Shown here: positions 1-9,790 of the stretch, piece by piece
Layout: each line of letters begins with the position of its first letter
How positions within the stretch are numbered: the first letter of the stretch is position 1
Source of the DNA: Candidatus Heimdallarchaeum aukensis
GTDB taxonomy: Archaea; Asgardarchaeota; Heimdallarchaeia; Heimdallarchaeales; Heimdallarchaeaceae
Assembly (NCBI GenBank): GCA_021513695.1
Contig: CP084166.1
Location: 1,728,001 to 1,792,000 of the forward strand
Direction: 5' to 3'
DNA length: 64,000 nucleotides
Program-made: the position numbers and the translations under genes
Notes under the pieces: generated by a model
What the model was told of the DNA's origin: nothing
Seen by the model: the letters and a program-made list of their open reading frames with translations, nothing else
Database searches by the model: none

Positions 1-144
1 ATTACGAGTGCTGAAATTGTAGAAATCTGCAATTTGGCGCCACGAACTGTTAGACATGGACTTAAGCTACTTGTAAGAGCTGGCCTAATAGAGAAACTAC
101 CTCACTTATTAGATATGAGATCAAGTAAATTTTATTGTGAATAA
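1..144 (+). CDS. 3' fragment of a winged-helix (MarR/ArsR-like) transcriptional regulator (partial, runs off window start)
   Basis: Frame-1 translation ...ITSAEIVEICNLAPRTVRHGLKLLVRAGLIEKLPHLLDMRSSKFYCE* ends at TAA 142-144; HTH recognition-helix-like pattern. Confidence 0.3.
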   Translation: MTSAEIVEICNLAPRTVRHGLKLLVRAGLIEKLPHLLDMRSSKFYCE

Positions 145-291
145 ATCCATCAAACTATTTATTTTAATTTTTAAAATATCTATTTTTGTTTTCTCTTTTA
201 GAAATACACTTACGGATACTCAAAAATTTTTTTCAATTTAGATGTTTGATTTTTTCAAAAAGCTTTAATTTGATTAAATTTCAATTGAAAA

Positions 292-1496
292 TGAATATCA
301 TGTTAATAGGAATTGTAGGAAAACCAAGTGCTGGAAAAAGTACATTTCTCAATGCACTTACCATGGTTGGAGCTAAAACTGGCTCTTACCCTTTTACGAC
401 TATTGAACCAAATAGAGGAACTGCTTATGTAAGAACAAAATGTAAATGTACAGAATTAGGTGTCAAAGATAATCCAAAAAATAGCATCTGTGAAAATGGT
501 TTTCGTTTTTTACCTATTCAATTTTTAGATGTTGCGGGTCTTGTTCCAGGTGCATCTGAAGGGAGGGGATTAGGAAATAAATTCTTGGACGATTTACGTC
601 AAGCTGATTTGTTGATTCATGTTGTTGATGCAAGTGGATCGTTAGATGCCGAAGGGAATCAAGTGGATAAAGGTAGCTGGGATCCATTGAAGGATGTTGA
701 GTTTTTGGAAAAAGAAATCGATTCTTGGATTAAGAACATAATTACTCGTGATTATGTAGGAATGAAAAAAAAGGCTGAAGCAGAAAAGATAAGGCTATCA
801 AAGTTATTAACTGAAAAACTTTCTGGATTAAAAATTTCTCCTTCTGATATTTCATCAGCTATCCTCGAATCAGACATCGTTGATGATGACCCTAAAACAT
901 GGGATGAAAATCTGGATAATCTTGTTACTATAATTCGAAAAAAATCCAAACCTATAATCGTAGTAGCGAACAAGATTGATCAAGAAACAGCACACAAAAA
1001 CTATGAAAGAATGAAAGAAATTCTAAAAGAAGATGTTTTTCCTGCTTCTGCACTTTCTGAGGTCGTATTGAGATCAGAGCAAGAAAAGGGTACTATTAGT
1101 TATACCCCTGGAGATTCGGATTTTAAAATATTAGATGAAGAAAAGTTGGGGAAGAAAAAAGAAATTTTGTTAAAGATAAAACATGAAATTTTAGAGAGAT
1201 ATGGATCAACTGGCATTCAAAAAATACTAAATTATATCGTATTTGATAAAATGAAAATGATTGTTGTATATCCTGTTGAGGACTTAACAAAGTACACTGA
1301 CAAAGATGGAAATGTCCTACCTGATGCTTTTTTAGTTCCGAAAGGTACTACAACTATTGAGTTTGCAGGAAAAATACATTCTGACTTTGCAAAAAACTTC
1401 ATCAATGGACAACTAGCCCCCTCGGGAAGAAGAGTTGGAGCAGATTATGAATTACAAAACAACGATATTATAAAGATAAATGCAGCAGTAAAATAA
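292..1496 (+). CDS. Obg-like GTPase of the YchF/OLA1/Ygr210 family with C-terminal TGS domain
   Basis: G1 GIVGKPSAGKST, PFTTIEPN switch region, DVAGLV G3, NKID G4; C-terminal TGS-like beta-grasp; ORF-track start at 186 is probably a 5' extension, ATG at 292 precedes MLIGIVGKPS. Confidence 0.8.
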
Positions 1497-1560
1497 ACTT
1501 ATTGCAATATAACAAGTAAATAAGGAATAAATAAGAAAAAATGACTATAAGTTAAAATCT

Positions 1561-3858
1561 TTAAAGTTCATAATCATGGGTATGAAACATTACATCGCGG
1601 TTTACAGCTGCTTTAAACATCTGTAGAAGTAATTCATTGTCTGTTCTAATTGCTACAGGCACAGCATCTGGCACCAAAAATGCAAAGATTGCTTCGTCAA
1701 AACCATCCTTAATACCACAGAAAACATCCTTTTTATCGTATTGTCTTAATTTCAAACCTACAAATCGTTCTTTCAAGTTAATTAGAGCATTTCTAAATTT
1801 TCCAGAAGAAAAATCAGAAACAAGTGTTACTCTATTTGCTTTGGTGAACATTGCCATTTCTTCTAACAATGATTCTTCCAGATACGGTGTTATTACTAAC
1901 AACTCTCTACTAGCTCGCATACTTAAATCAGTTAAACTTGCAAGAATTGCTTCTTCCCCAACAATCACTGATACATTGTGATGTCCTCGAATGTTAATAG
2001 AATTTGCTGCTTTATCAATCTGCTTTAACTCACCCTCTCTTGTATTTATTATTTGATAATAGGCTGATGCTTTTTCTTGTAACAAAGCGAGTGTTTCCAT
2101 TATTGCTTCATCAACATCCTTGATAACAGAAGCTACTTGAGCAACAATAGTATCTATTTGTACTTCTTCTGCCTCAATTATTTTAGATGTCAGTTGTTCC
2201 TTTATTTCTTCTGTTTTTTCTTCCATAATTTTTATATCATTGTTTATATGATTCGCAATTTTGTCTTTAGTCTTTAACACTTTGCTTGAAAAGTCTTTAT
2301 CAAACATGGCCAATTTTTCTTTGAAATCTCCACCAATTTTTTTAATATCATCTTTTGTTTTATTTAACTCTGTATTCACTTCATTCTTGAAATCTATCAT
2401 TGTTTTTGAATGCTCATCATGGAACTGCTGGACATTTCCTATAATGTTCGACGAAGTGTTGTCCATACTTTCGGAAATAGTCTTGATTAAATTTGAACTA
2501 ACATCTCTACATGATTCGTAAGAAGAGGTTACATATTTCTCGACTTCATTTTGGATTTTGTTCAGAAGTTCATCAGGGAGGAGTTCTATTTTTTCAGTTG
2601 TTTCTGCTATTATTTTACTCTTTTTTGTTTTAATACTTGTTACTCCACTTAGTTGAAAATGATCAATTTTTTCACGTAGTTTATCTTTTGTTTCGTTAAT
2701 TTTTAAGACGTGTTGATCTACTATTTGGAGACCACTTTCTGAAAAATTATTAGCAAGCAACCTCATTCCATCTCTTACTTCCTGTAGTTTCTCGATTAAC
2801 GGGCTTGCTTTCTTTTTCTTCAGATCTTCTGCGAGATGTAAAGCATCAACTATAGTAGAAGAAAGTTTGTTTATGTTTCTATCAATTTGTTCTACAGATC
2901 TTCTTAGTTCTTGTGTTTGGCGAGTTTGTTCTGTTAAGATGAGATTAATATCTTGCTGCAAGGATTCAGCCAGGTTACGACTCTCCTTAATCCAAGCTTC
3001 AAAAGTATCTTCCCATATTCTTCTATATTCTTTTAGAAACTCTTGTTGTAATTCATTTGCATAGTTTAAATGTTCCTTCAAGACATTATCAAGTTCTGGT
3101 GCAAACTTATCTAAAAAATCTTTATGATTCTCCGTATGTGACTCAAGACCATTCTTTAAGATTTTAAATAATTCTGAAAAATTAGCTGAAAGCTGTTGTT
3201 CTATATTTTTTTTGTTTAATTCACTTCTTTTTTTTGCAGAATGTTCAAACTGTTTTATGAAAGCATCTAATTCTTGCAAATAAGACTCCATTCTGAGAGA
3301 TATGGCAATAGATTGGTTCTGAGCTTCTGCAATTTCTTTAGAAATCAAATTAACTGTTTCATCAAGGATATTAAATGATTCATTTTCTATTGCTTCAGTC
3401 ATTTCTACAAATTGAGAATTAACAGAATCAGTAAGTTGCTTTATTAACCCACTTACAATATGGATATCAAATATGTGCTCATCACTTGAAGTATCTAGTT
3501 TACCACCAAATTGCTTTCGTTTTTCTTTATAAGATGCTGCGTCATTCTTTAAACTATTTATTATTCCTTCAATTGCATATAATGTATCACGTTCTACTGT
3601 TATATATTGTTTCAAAAAAGGAAAAACAGCGAGATATTGTGGAGTTAAACCTTGAATTTTTTTAAGAAAACCGATCTCTTCCAGATTTCTTACTGACTGA
3701 ACTGTTGATAGAGCATCTAGTTGAGTTATAACCATGATTTCGCCTATCGTCGCTTTTCCTAAGCCAAGTATTGTTGTATATATTTTTATATCATTTTCAT
3801 TTAGACCAATTCTGGTTAATAATGGAGGTAATATGTTAACATCACTCATTTGTTTCAC
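1561..3858 (-). CDS. TrmB-like wHTH regulator with ~550-aa central coiled-coil and TrmB-C-like C-terminal domain
   Basis: N-terminus LLTRIGLNENDIKIYTTILGLGKATIGEIMV... matches TrmB-type wHTH; long heptad-rich K/E/Q-rich middle; C-terminus ...LLVITPYLEESLLEEM... resembles TrmB C-domain. Confidence 0.45.
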   Translation of the reverse strand: MKQMSDVNILPPLLTRIGLNENDIKIYTTILGLGKATIGEIMVITQLDALSTVQSVRNLEEIGFLKKIQGLTPQYLAVFPFLKQYITVERDTLYAIEGIINSLKNDAASYKEKRKQFGGKLDTSSDEHIFDIHIVSGLIKQLTDSVNSQFVEMTEAIENESFNILDETVNLISKEIAEAQNQSIAISLRMESYLQELDAFIKQFEHSAKKRSELNKKNIEQQLSANFSELFKILKNGLESHTENHKDFLDKFAPELDNVLKEHLNYANELQQEFLKEYRRIWEDTFEAWIKESRNLAESLQQDINLILTEQTRQTQELRRSVEQIDRNINKLSSTIVDALHLAEDLKKKKASPLIEKLQEVRDGMRLLANNFSESGLQIVDQHVLKINETKDKLREKIDHFQLSGVTSIKTKKSKIIAETTEKIELLPDELLNKIQNEVEKYVTSSYESCRDVSSNLIKTISESMDNTSSNIIGNVQQFHDEHSKTMIDFKNEVNTELNKTKDDIKKIGGDFKEKLAMFDKDFSSKVLKTKDKIANHINNDIKIMEEKTEEIKEQLTSKIIEAEEVQIDTIVAQVASVIKDVDEAIMETLALLQEKASAYYQIINTREGELKQIDKAANSINIRGHHNVSVIVGEEAILASLTDLSMRASRELLVITPYLEESLLEEMAMFTKANRVTLVSDFSSGKFRNALINLKERFVGLKLRQYDKKDVFCGIKDGFDEAIFAFLVPDAVPVAIRTDNELLLQMFKAAVNRDVMFHTHDYEL

Positions 3859-4061
3859 TCACATATAAATTAAATTTTATTTATTCTTTTATCTCTAATG
3901 TCATATTAAGCAGTATAGATTTTAAATTTTTGTTCTCAAAAACAGAAAGCAGTTATAAAAAATACTGATTATATCTTGCCCTCTTTTAACTTACTATCAG
4001 CTATAAATATGTTATTTAGAAATACACTATAGTTATAGTAAAAAGTGGGATAAAAAGAAAA

Positions 4062-4625
4062 TTAAGCATATAGTTTCTCATAGAAAAGTACAATGTTTTT
4101 TAGCAGAGTTTTAAATGCTTCGTCCACGTTTTCACCAGTCTTTGCTGAAGTTTCAATATATGGAACTGCAAAACCTGACCAAGCTGATAACGATCTTGCA
4201 TATTCTTCTGCTTGTTCCCGTAAAATGGGGTCTTTTGCTGTGTCCCTTAAATCAGATTTATTTCCAATTAAAACAATTGGAACAACACGATTATGATTAT
4301 TTTTTAATAGTTCTGCAATCCACGCAGGTATGTTCTCAAAAGATGACCTACGAGATATATCAAAAACAAGCAGGCAACCAGATGTTCCACGATAATATAC
4401 CTCCCGTACTGCTGAAAATCTTTGTTGCCCAGCTAAATCCCATATTTGTGCTACAAAATCCTGTTGATCTATTTTCAATCTTTTTACCGCAAAATCTGCA
4501 CCTATTGTCATACTATATCCTTCTTTAAACCCCTCACCTAGGTATGTTTTTCTGAGTGATGTTTTTCCTACAGCACCGTCACCGAGTAATGTTACTTTGA
4601 AAATTTTTCGCTGTGATGAACTCAT
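4062..4625 (-). CDS. Ras-superfamily small GTPase (Rab/Ras-like; Asgard ESP)
   Basis: G1 GDGAVGKTS, switch I T, G3 DLAGQ, G4 GNKSD, G5 ETSAK; 187 aa; no C-terminal prenylation Cys. Confidence 0.8.
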   Translation of the reverse strand: MSSSQRKIFKVTLLGDGAVGKTSLRKTYLGEGFKEGYSMTIGADFAVKRLKIDQQDFVAQIWDLAGQQRFSAVREVYYRGTSGCLLVFDISRRSSFENIPAWIAELLKNNHNRVVPIVLIGNKSDLRDTAKDPILREQAEEYARSLSAWSGFAVPYIETSAKTGENVDEAFKTLLKNIVLFYEKLYA

Positions 4626-4835
4626 TATTTATTCCCCAATTAACTCCAATTAGTAATGACTAAATTAACACTATAAATTAATTACTTTGTAATGCTTTAA
4701 ATATTTTGCTTACTAGGAAAAGTTTTTTCAAACAATTGTAAAAAAAACAAAAATTCAAGTTTCAAAAACCATGACTGAAAAAAATAAGAAATTTTGTGAG
4801 GACAAGATAATTAAGCTTAAAAGTTTCTGAAAAAT

Positions 4836-5522
4836 ATGAAAAATATGAACAAGTTAGCTAATGTCGTTCTTGAAAGACTTTTAGAACACTATGACATCAA
4901 AAAAAAGGAATTTTTGAATAATTATTCAACTCCCTTTCAGTTACTAGTTGCAGCATTATTAAGTGCTCAAAGCACTGACAAACAAGTGAACACTGTTACT
5001 AACCAACTCTTTAAAAGATATCCAGATCCCCAATCTTTTGCACAATCATCTCCAGAAGAGATAGAACAATATATTAAAAGCGTGGGACTTTACAAGACTA
5101 AAGCCCGAAATATCCATAATCTTTCTAAAGTTTTACTAAGTGAATATAACTCTTCGGTACCTAAAACAATTTCAGAACTAATAAAATTGCCAGGAATTGG
5201 AAGAAAAACAGCTAATGTTGTTTTAAATGATTGGTTTCAAATAAATGAAGGAATAGCAGTAGATACTCATGTGCAAAGAATTAGTTATCGTATAGGCTTA
5301 ACAAAGCATACCAATCCAGAAAAAATAGAAAAAGACTTGATGCTTCTTTTTCCAAAAAATAGTTGGGGTATATTGACTCGTTTATTTATTTCACATGGAA
5401 GAGAAATTTGCTTAGCTCGCAATCCAAAGTGTGATAATTGTTTTTTAAGTGATATTTGTAAAAAAAACATTATCAGAAAAAACAAATCAAGTAAAAGAGA
5501 GAAAAATAATATTACTAAATAA
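4836..5522 (+). CDS. nth: Endonuclease III (HhH-GPD DNA glycosylase/AP lyase)
   Basis: HhH LPGIGRKTANVVL, catalytic region, C-terminal 4Fe-4S cluster CLARNPKCDNCFLSDIC. Confidence 0.85.
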   Translation: MKNMNKLANVVLERLLEHYDIKKKEFLNNYSTPFQLLVAALLSAQSTDKQVNTVTNQLFKRYPDPQSFAQSSPEEIEQYIKSVGLYKTKARNIHNLSKVLLSEYNSSVPKTISELIKLPGIGRKTANVVLNDWFQINEGIAVDTHVQRISYRIGLTKHTNPEKIEKDLMLLFPKNSWGILTRLFISHGREICLARNPKCDNCFLSDICKKNIIRKNKSSKREKNNITK

Positions 5523-6273
5523 CTGTTGTATCAAAATTTGGATCTAGTTCTACGGTATCATCCTCTTTAAGTTGTACTATCTTTATTTTTTCTAATTCCT
5601 TAAGGTATTGTTTTGTTTGACTTAGAGAGATACCTAATACAAAAGATAACTGCATTTGAGAAATTGATTGTAACTGTTTTAACATACTTATTATTTTATA
5701 TCTTGGATCTGTAGAAACTAGTTTTTGTGTTATCTCCTTGACTTTATTCCACTGTTCTTTTTCTTCTTTTAGATTCTTCAATTCTTTTTCAATTTCAGAT
5801 TTTTTTACAGAAAGAGCAACTACTTGATCAGATAATTCATATATTAGTTGTTCTCGTTCTTCTAACATGCTAATAAGTCTAGAAATGTATTCTTTTTGTT
5901 CTTCGACAATGGAAATCTGTTCTTCTTGATTTTCAGTTTCTTCTTGTTTTTTGTACTTCTGTCTATCAAAATCTAATTCTTTTAACAATTTTTCTTTTTC
6001 ATCGACATCAGAAGAACTATAGAATAGTGTAATTAGTCTATAAAACTCTGATTTTATTTCGCTCAAAAGAAATTTGGTGGAACCGTCAATTTGCTCTTTA
6101 ATCATATCAACAATTGAAGTAATTTCAAAAGGAAGATCTTTACTTGTACTTGTTTGTAAAATAGGTGGATATTTTGTTAAACTCTCTTTTAAAGCTTGTA
6201 TTTCATTTGATAATTTTATAATTTCAGTAAGTATTCTCTCTTTTTCATTGTTTTTATTTTCATCTATTGTCAT
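5515..6273 (-). CDS. coiled-coil protein with C-terminal winged-helix-like segment (hypothetical)
   Basis: E/K/Q-rich heptad repeats; C-terminus LSFVLGISLSQTKQYLKELEKIKIV HTH-like; last gene of Roadblock operon. Confidence 0.4.
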   Translation of the reverse strand: MTIDENKNNEKERILTEIIKLSNEIQALKESLTKYPPILQTSTSKDLPFEITSIVDMIKEQIDGSTKFLLSEIKSEFYRLITLFYSSSDVDEKEKLLKELDFDRQKYKKQEETENQEEQISIVEEQKEYISRLISMLEEREQLIYELSDQVVALSVKKSEIEKELKNLKEEKEQWNKVKEITQKLVSTDPRYKIISMLKQLQSISQMQLSFVLGISLSQTKQYLKELEKIKIVQLKEDDTVELDPNFDTTVI

Positions 6274-6281
6274 TTTTCACC

Positions 6282-7112
6282 CTATATCTTTGAGGTTGAT
6301 TCGATCTTGAATCCTTCTTCTTCTGATGGAGATACATCCAAAACTTCACTTATATATGCAACACCCATTAATTTACTTATAGAAAATGTATCTCTTAACC
6401 TTGAACCAATTCTATCTCTTGTAAAATAGAAAATTCCTTGAGCATAATTTAAAATAATTTGTTCTGCTACAGGATTCAGAATATTTTGAGGGAGTAAAAA
6501 AAAGTGCACTCCACCTATTTTTGAAAACATCTGAATTATCTCTTTCATAAAACTAATTAATGTGTTATGATCGTCATCCAATTGATCTTCCTTTAGCCAT
6601 AGAAGGTCATCGAAAACACTAAAACAATTCTTTTTCTGTGTTTCTTTAACATGCATAATCTTTTCTATAATACGTTTAACGTATGTTCTTCTTTTTACCT
6701 CAATTCGCCCTATTTTTAATGAAGTAGTTGTGCTGCTAGCCATATCATACATATTTTCAAAGAAAAAAGATTTGTCCTTTACACTCATTATATCCCAGTT
6801 GTATGCCGTATATGATTGTTTTACAAGCTCAAATGGTTTACTACTATGCACATAAAAAACACGGTTAAGATCAGTTTTTTGAGCCCAGTTAAGAACAATA
6901 CGTTGTACAAATAACAGAGGAATTACTGAAGATGCAGGGTAAGAAACGACAATTACAGAACCAGAAGGAATACCTTGTCTTGCAGACATCTCCATACCAA
7001 GCTTTTGATCTAAAGAACGAATTCCAGTTTTAATTAATCCTGTGGAAAGTGTAGATTCAGCGCCTACTTTACCTATTCTTTCTATATTTCCTCTTGTATT
7101 GTTGAAACTCAT
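6282..7112 (-). CDS. KaiC/RadA-like RecA-superfamily domain protein with degenerate Walker A (predicted inactive ATPase)
   Basis: TGIRSLDQKLG...GIPSGSVIVVSYPASS aligns to the KaiC TGIxGLDxxLGGGxPxGSxxLxxGxPGxGKT block but the GKT P-loop is replaced by SYPASS; downstream FYVHSS/NWDI blocks conserved. Confidence 0.5.
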   Translation of the reverse strand: MSFNNTRGNIERIGKVGAESTLSTGLIKTGIRSLDQKLGMEMSARQGIPSGSVIVVSYPASSVIPLLFVQRIVLNWAQKTDLNRVFYVHSSKPFELVKQSYTAYNWDIMSVKDKSFFFENMYDMASSTTTSLKIGRIEVKRRTYVKRIIEKIMHVKETQKKNCFSVFDDLLWLKEDQLDDDHNTLISFMKEIIQMFSKIGGVHFFLLPQNILNPVAEQIILNYAQGIFYFTRDRIGSRLRDTFSISKLMGVAYISEVLDVSPSEEEGFKIESTSKI

Positions 7113-7138
7113 CTTCTAACCCCGCATAGAGTAATTAT

Positions 7139-7666
7139 TTAGAATTCTTCTAGTTCTTTTAGTGCGAGTTCAAGATCAGATAAATACTCTTCTTGAACAG
7201 ATTCAACTTTTGGAGTTGGTTCAGCAGTTGAAACTTGTGTTGGTGTACTAACGGGTTGTTTTGCTTCTATGGGTTTTGTTTCAACATCCAATATTGCTCT
7301 GATATTTTCAGACTGTATTTTCATAGTTCGTCTAACCAAACCTAGTTGAATGCCTGCATCTGTTATAAGACAGAGTACAGAGCTACCACAACTAGCAACT
7401 AAAATAAATCCATCTTCAAATTCTGAGATAATAATATCCAAATTTTCTAGACCAACATTTGTTCCTTGTTGTTCAGAAGCTAAATATACTGCACTTGCTA
7501 TTGCTCCTAGAGCTTCTGTTTCAAACTCATCGAAAGCAAATCTTGAAGAATATGCCAGTGTCAACCCTGTTTTATCAGCTAAAATAACATGGTTTATTAA
7601 AGGATCACTTGTAATAATTTCATGGAGAATACTGTTTATCTTATCTACACCGATAATTCTTATCAC
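7139..7666 (-). CDS. Roadblock/LC7 (MglB-like) domain protein
   Basis: INHVILADKTGLTLAYSS...ALGAIASAVY...GFILVASCGSSVLCLITDAGIQLGLV matches Robl_LC7 profile; ~55-aa low-complexity C-terminal tail. Confidence 0.75.
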   Translation of the reverse strand: MIRIIGVDKINSILHEIITSDPLINHVILADKTGLTLAYSSRFAFDEFETEALGAIASAVYLASEQQGTNVGLENLDIIISEFEDGFILVASCGSSVLCLITDAGIQLGLVRRTMKIQSENIRAILDVETKPIEAKQPVSTPTQVSTAEPTPKVESVQEEYLSDLELALKELEEF

Positions 7667-7838
7667 CTTTACTAACTAATCATAGTTATTATATACTATT
7701 AATAATTAGTTATATAAGCGTTAGTCTCAGAAGAATAAAAATTTTACCAAAATAACGAGAAAGCTAGACATAAATTTAGAAAAAGCACATTTAAAATCCT
7801 AGAGCAAGATTTTTATTGGATTTACTATTGTATAATAT

Positions 7839-8519
7839 ATGAGAAAATTAGAATACCCAATCATTATTTTAAATTTTAAAAATTACAGTGAAGGAACAGG
7901 AGAAAAAGCATTAAAACTTGCAAAAATTGCAGAAGAAGTCTCAAAAAATAAAAATGTAAATATTGCTATTTGCCCTCAGACTGTCGATATTAGAATGATT
8001 TCACAAAATGTAGACTTACCTGTTTTAGCCCAACATGTGGATTCTAACAATCCAGGTAGTCATACTGGAAACAATCTAATTGATGCTATTATTGAAGCTG
8101 GTGCAGTGGGAACACTGGTCAACCACTCAGAACATCAACTAAAGATTTCAGAAATAGAAGCAATAATTGAAAAATCAAAAGAGAAAGGCTTCTTAACTTG
8201 TGTTTGTGCAAATAACATAAAAACAAGTATATCTTTAGCCGCGTTAGATCCAACTTGTTGTGCAATGGAACCTCCAGAGTTAATTGGGGGAGATGTTTCG
8301 GTTACAACAAAACCAGACTTGGTTAGAAAAACAGTAGAATCTATAAAAAATATTAATCCTAATGTAATTCCTTTAGTTGGAGCAGGAGTAAAAACAAGAG
8401 AGGATATAGAAAAAGCAATAAAATTAGGAGCTAAAGGTGTACTACTTGCTTCAGGTTTCGTTAAGGCAAAAAACCCAAAACAAGCTCTAGAAGAAATGGC
8501 AGAAGGAATTTTAAGTTGA
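7839..8519 (+). CDS. tpiA: Triosephosphate isomerase (archaeal short type)
   Basis: 226 aa; NHSEHQL catalytic His region, EPPELIGG (catalytic Glu), VGAGVKT phosphate loop. Confidence 0.85.
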   Translation: MRKLEYPIIILNFKNYSEGTGEKALKLAKIAEEVSKNKNVNIAICPQTVDIRMISQNVDLPVLAQHVDSNNPGSHTGNNLIDAIIEAGAVGTLVNHSEHQLKISEIEAIIEKSKEKGFLTCVCANNIKTSISLAALDPTCCAMEPPELIGGDVSVTTKPDLVRKTVESIKNINPNVIPLVGAGVKTREDIEKAIKLGAKGVLLASGFVKAKNPKQALEEMAEGILS

Positions 8520-8552
8520 TAAAAAAAGATAATATAAAAAATTCTCTTTTTT

Positions 8553-9017
8553 CTAATTTCTTTTCCACATTAATTTTCCATTTTGCTCGATTTTGCTTAA
8601 TACTCCGGCTTTCTCCATCTCTGAAAGAGTCTTTGTAAATTCTTCCTTCGATAAAGGTTGTTCTCCTTTCTTCATTCTAGAGAAAACACATGCCGTATAT
8701 AGCGCATCTTCATACATAAATTTGCTAGAGGAAAATGATTCTAGTATTAGGTTCATATTGGGAATTTTATGCTCTTTGACTACTGTTTCTACTTTTTGTA
8801 CAGATGGTGTAATTGTACTAATTTTTGAACTGAAAATATCTGTTAACAAATCTGAAAGTTTTTTTCCTGTTATGGTCTCTGAAAAACCATACAACTCAGC
8901 AAGACCAGACACTGCATGAAGGATAAAATGTTCAATAGATGTGAATTTACCCTCCTCAACTTTCTTTTCTATAAAACTATACAGTTCATCTGGTATGTTC
9001 AAGTTAAATTGTTTCAA
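8553..9017 (-). CDS. hypothetical protein with N-terminal ribbon-helix-helix (CopG/Arc-like) motif
   Basis: MKQFNLNIPDELYSFIEKKVEEGKFTSIEHFI resembles RHH beta-strand/helix pattern; remainder unassigned. Confidence 0.3.
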   Translation of the reverse strand: MKQFNLNIPDELYSFIEKKVEEGKFTSIEHFILHAVSGLAELYGFSETITGKKLSDLLTDIFSSKISTITPSVQKVETVVKEHKIPNMNLILESFSSSKFMYEDALYTACVFSRMKKGEQPLSKEEFTKTLSEMEKAGVLSKIEQNGKLMWKRN

Positions 9018-9312
9018 TGTTATTACCTCATAAATTATTAGAATCTATTATTAAAAACTCTTTCGCGAGTAAAATATTTTTTGAAATAACTGTCTCTTAA
9101 TTTAAAAAAAAAGATATTTGTATCTATTTTTTAACACAATTTCCTTTTATAACTTAACAAAAATAAAAAAAAGAATATTTAGCGGCATCATCCGGCTATC
9201 TTCTATCATTCAAGGAGTCTACGCCGTCTCATTTCATTCATTTGCCAATAAAAAACTAATGTTTAACCTAATAAACTTTTACAAAACATACAAAGAGGAA
9301 AGAGTAGATAAT

Positions 9313-9480
9313 TTAACTAAATTTACGACCACGTTTATACTGTGTGAAACCACATTTCCCACAAGTCCATCTGTCTTTGTGTTCCGCCATATATGTAGCT
9401 CCACCACATCTTTCACATACTTTTTTTATTCTTACTAACTTATCTCCTTCAATTTTATAATATTTATGAGCTTGAGTCAT
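9313..9480 (-). CDS. rps27ae: Ribosomal protein S27ae (eS31), zinc ribbon
   Basis: Not in ORF track (55 aa). Translation MTQAHKYYKIEGDKLVRIKKVCERCGGATYMAEHKDRWTCGKCGFTQYKRGRKFS*; CxxC...CxxC; terminal gene of conserved cluster. Confidence 0.85.
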   Translation of the reverse strand: MTQAHKYYKIEGDKLVRIKKVCERCGGATYMAEHKDRWTCGKCGFTQYKRGRKFS

Positions 9481-9490
9481 TTTTTCTCAC

Positions 9491-9790
9491 CTATTCTTCT
9501 TTTTCATCTTTAACTATGCCAGAACGTTTTAGCAAGTGAGGTCGCTCTACTTTTAGAGCGCGTTCTGCAGAATCGTATACATGAAATAGAGCATCTGATT
9601 GTCCAATACCATATTGAGCTTCCATTTTTATGAGAACAACTTGATTCCTTTCTTTGTTAAGTAAAGCAGCAAGTTTTGATAATACAGCATCCCTTGTAGG
9701 TACGGCTTCACCATGATGCTTAATTAATGCATAAACTTCTGTACGTTCTAGCAATTTATTGTTAATTTGTTTTTGTATTTCAATCTCCAT
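9491..9790 (-). CDS. rps24e: Ribosomal protein S24e
   Basis: MEIEIQKQINNKLLERTEV...HHGEAVPTR...GIGQSDALFHVYDSAE matches eS24. Confidence 0.9.
   Translation of the reverse strand: MEIEIQKQINNKLLERTEVYALIKHHGEAVPTRDAVLSKLAALLNKERNQVVLIKMEAQYGIGQSDALFHVYDSAERALKVERPHLLKRSGIVKDEKEE

Noticed and set aside
186-291. N-terminal 35-aa extension of the Obg-like GTPase ORF
   Set aside because: Hydrophobic/low-complexity and not homologous to the family N-terminus. ATG at 292 immediately precedes the G1 motif.
4093-4528. Two plus-strand ORFs (67 and 137 aa) overlapping the Rab-like GTPase gene
   Set aside because: Antisense to a motif-complete GTPase. No homology features.
9118-9438. 106-aa plus-strand ORF in the ORF track
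   Set aside because: Low-complexity translation, antisense to the well-supported 55-aa rps27ae (9313-9480) which completes the conserved rpoE-spt4-DUF359-rps24e-rps27ae cluster.
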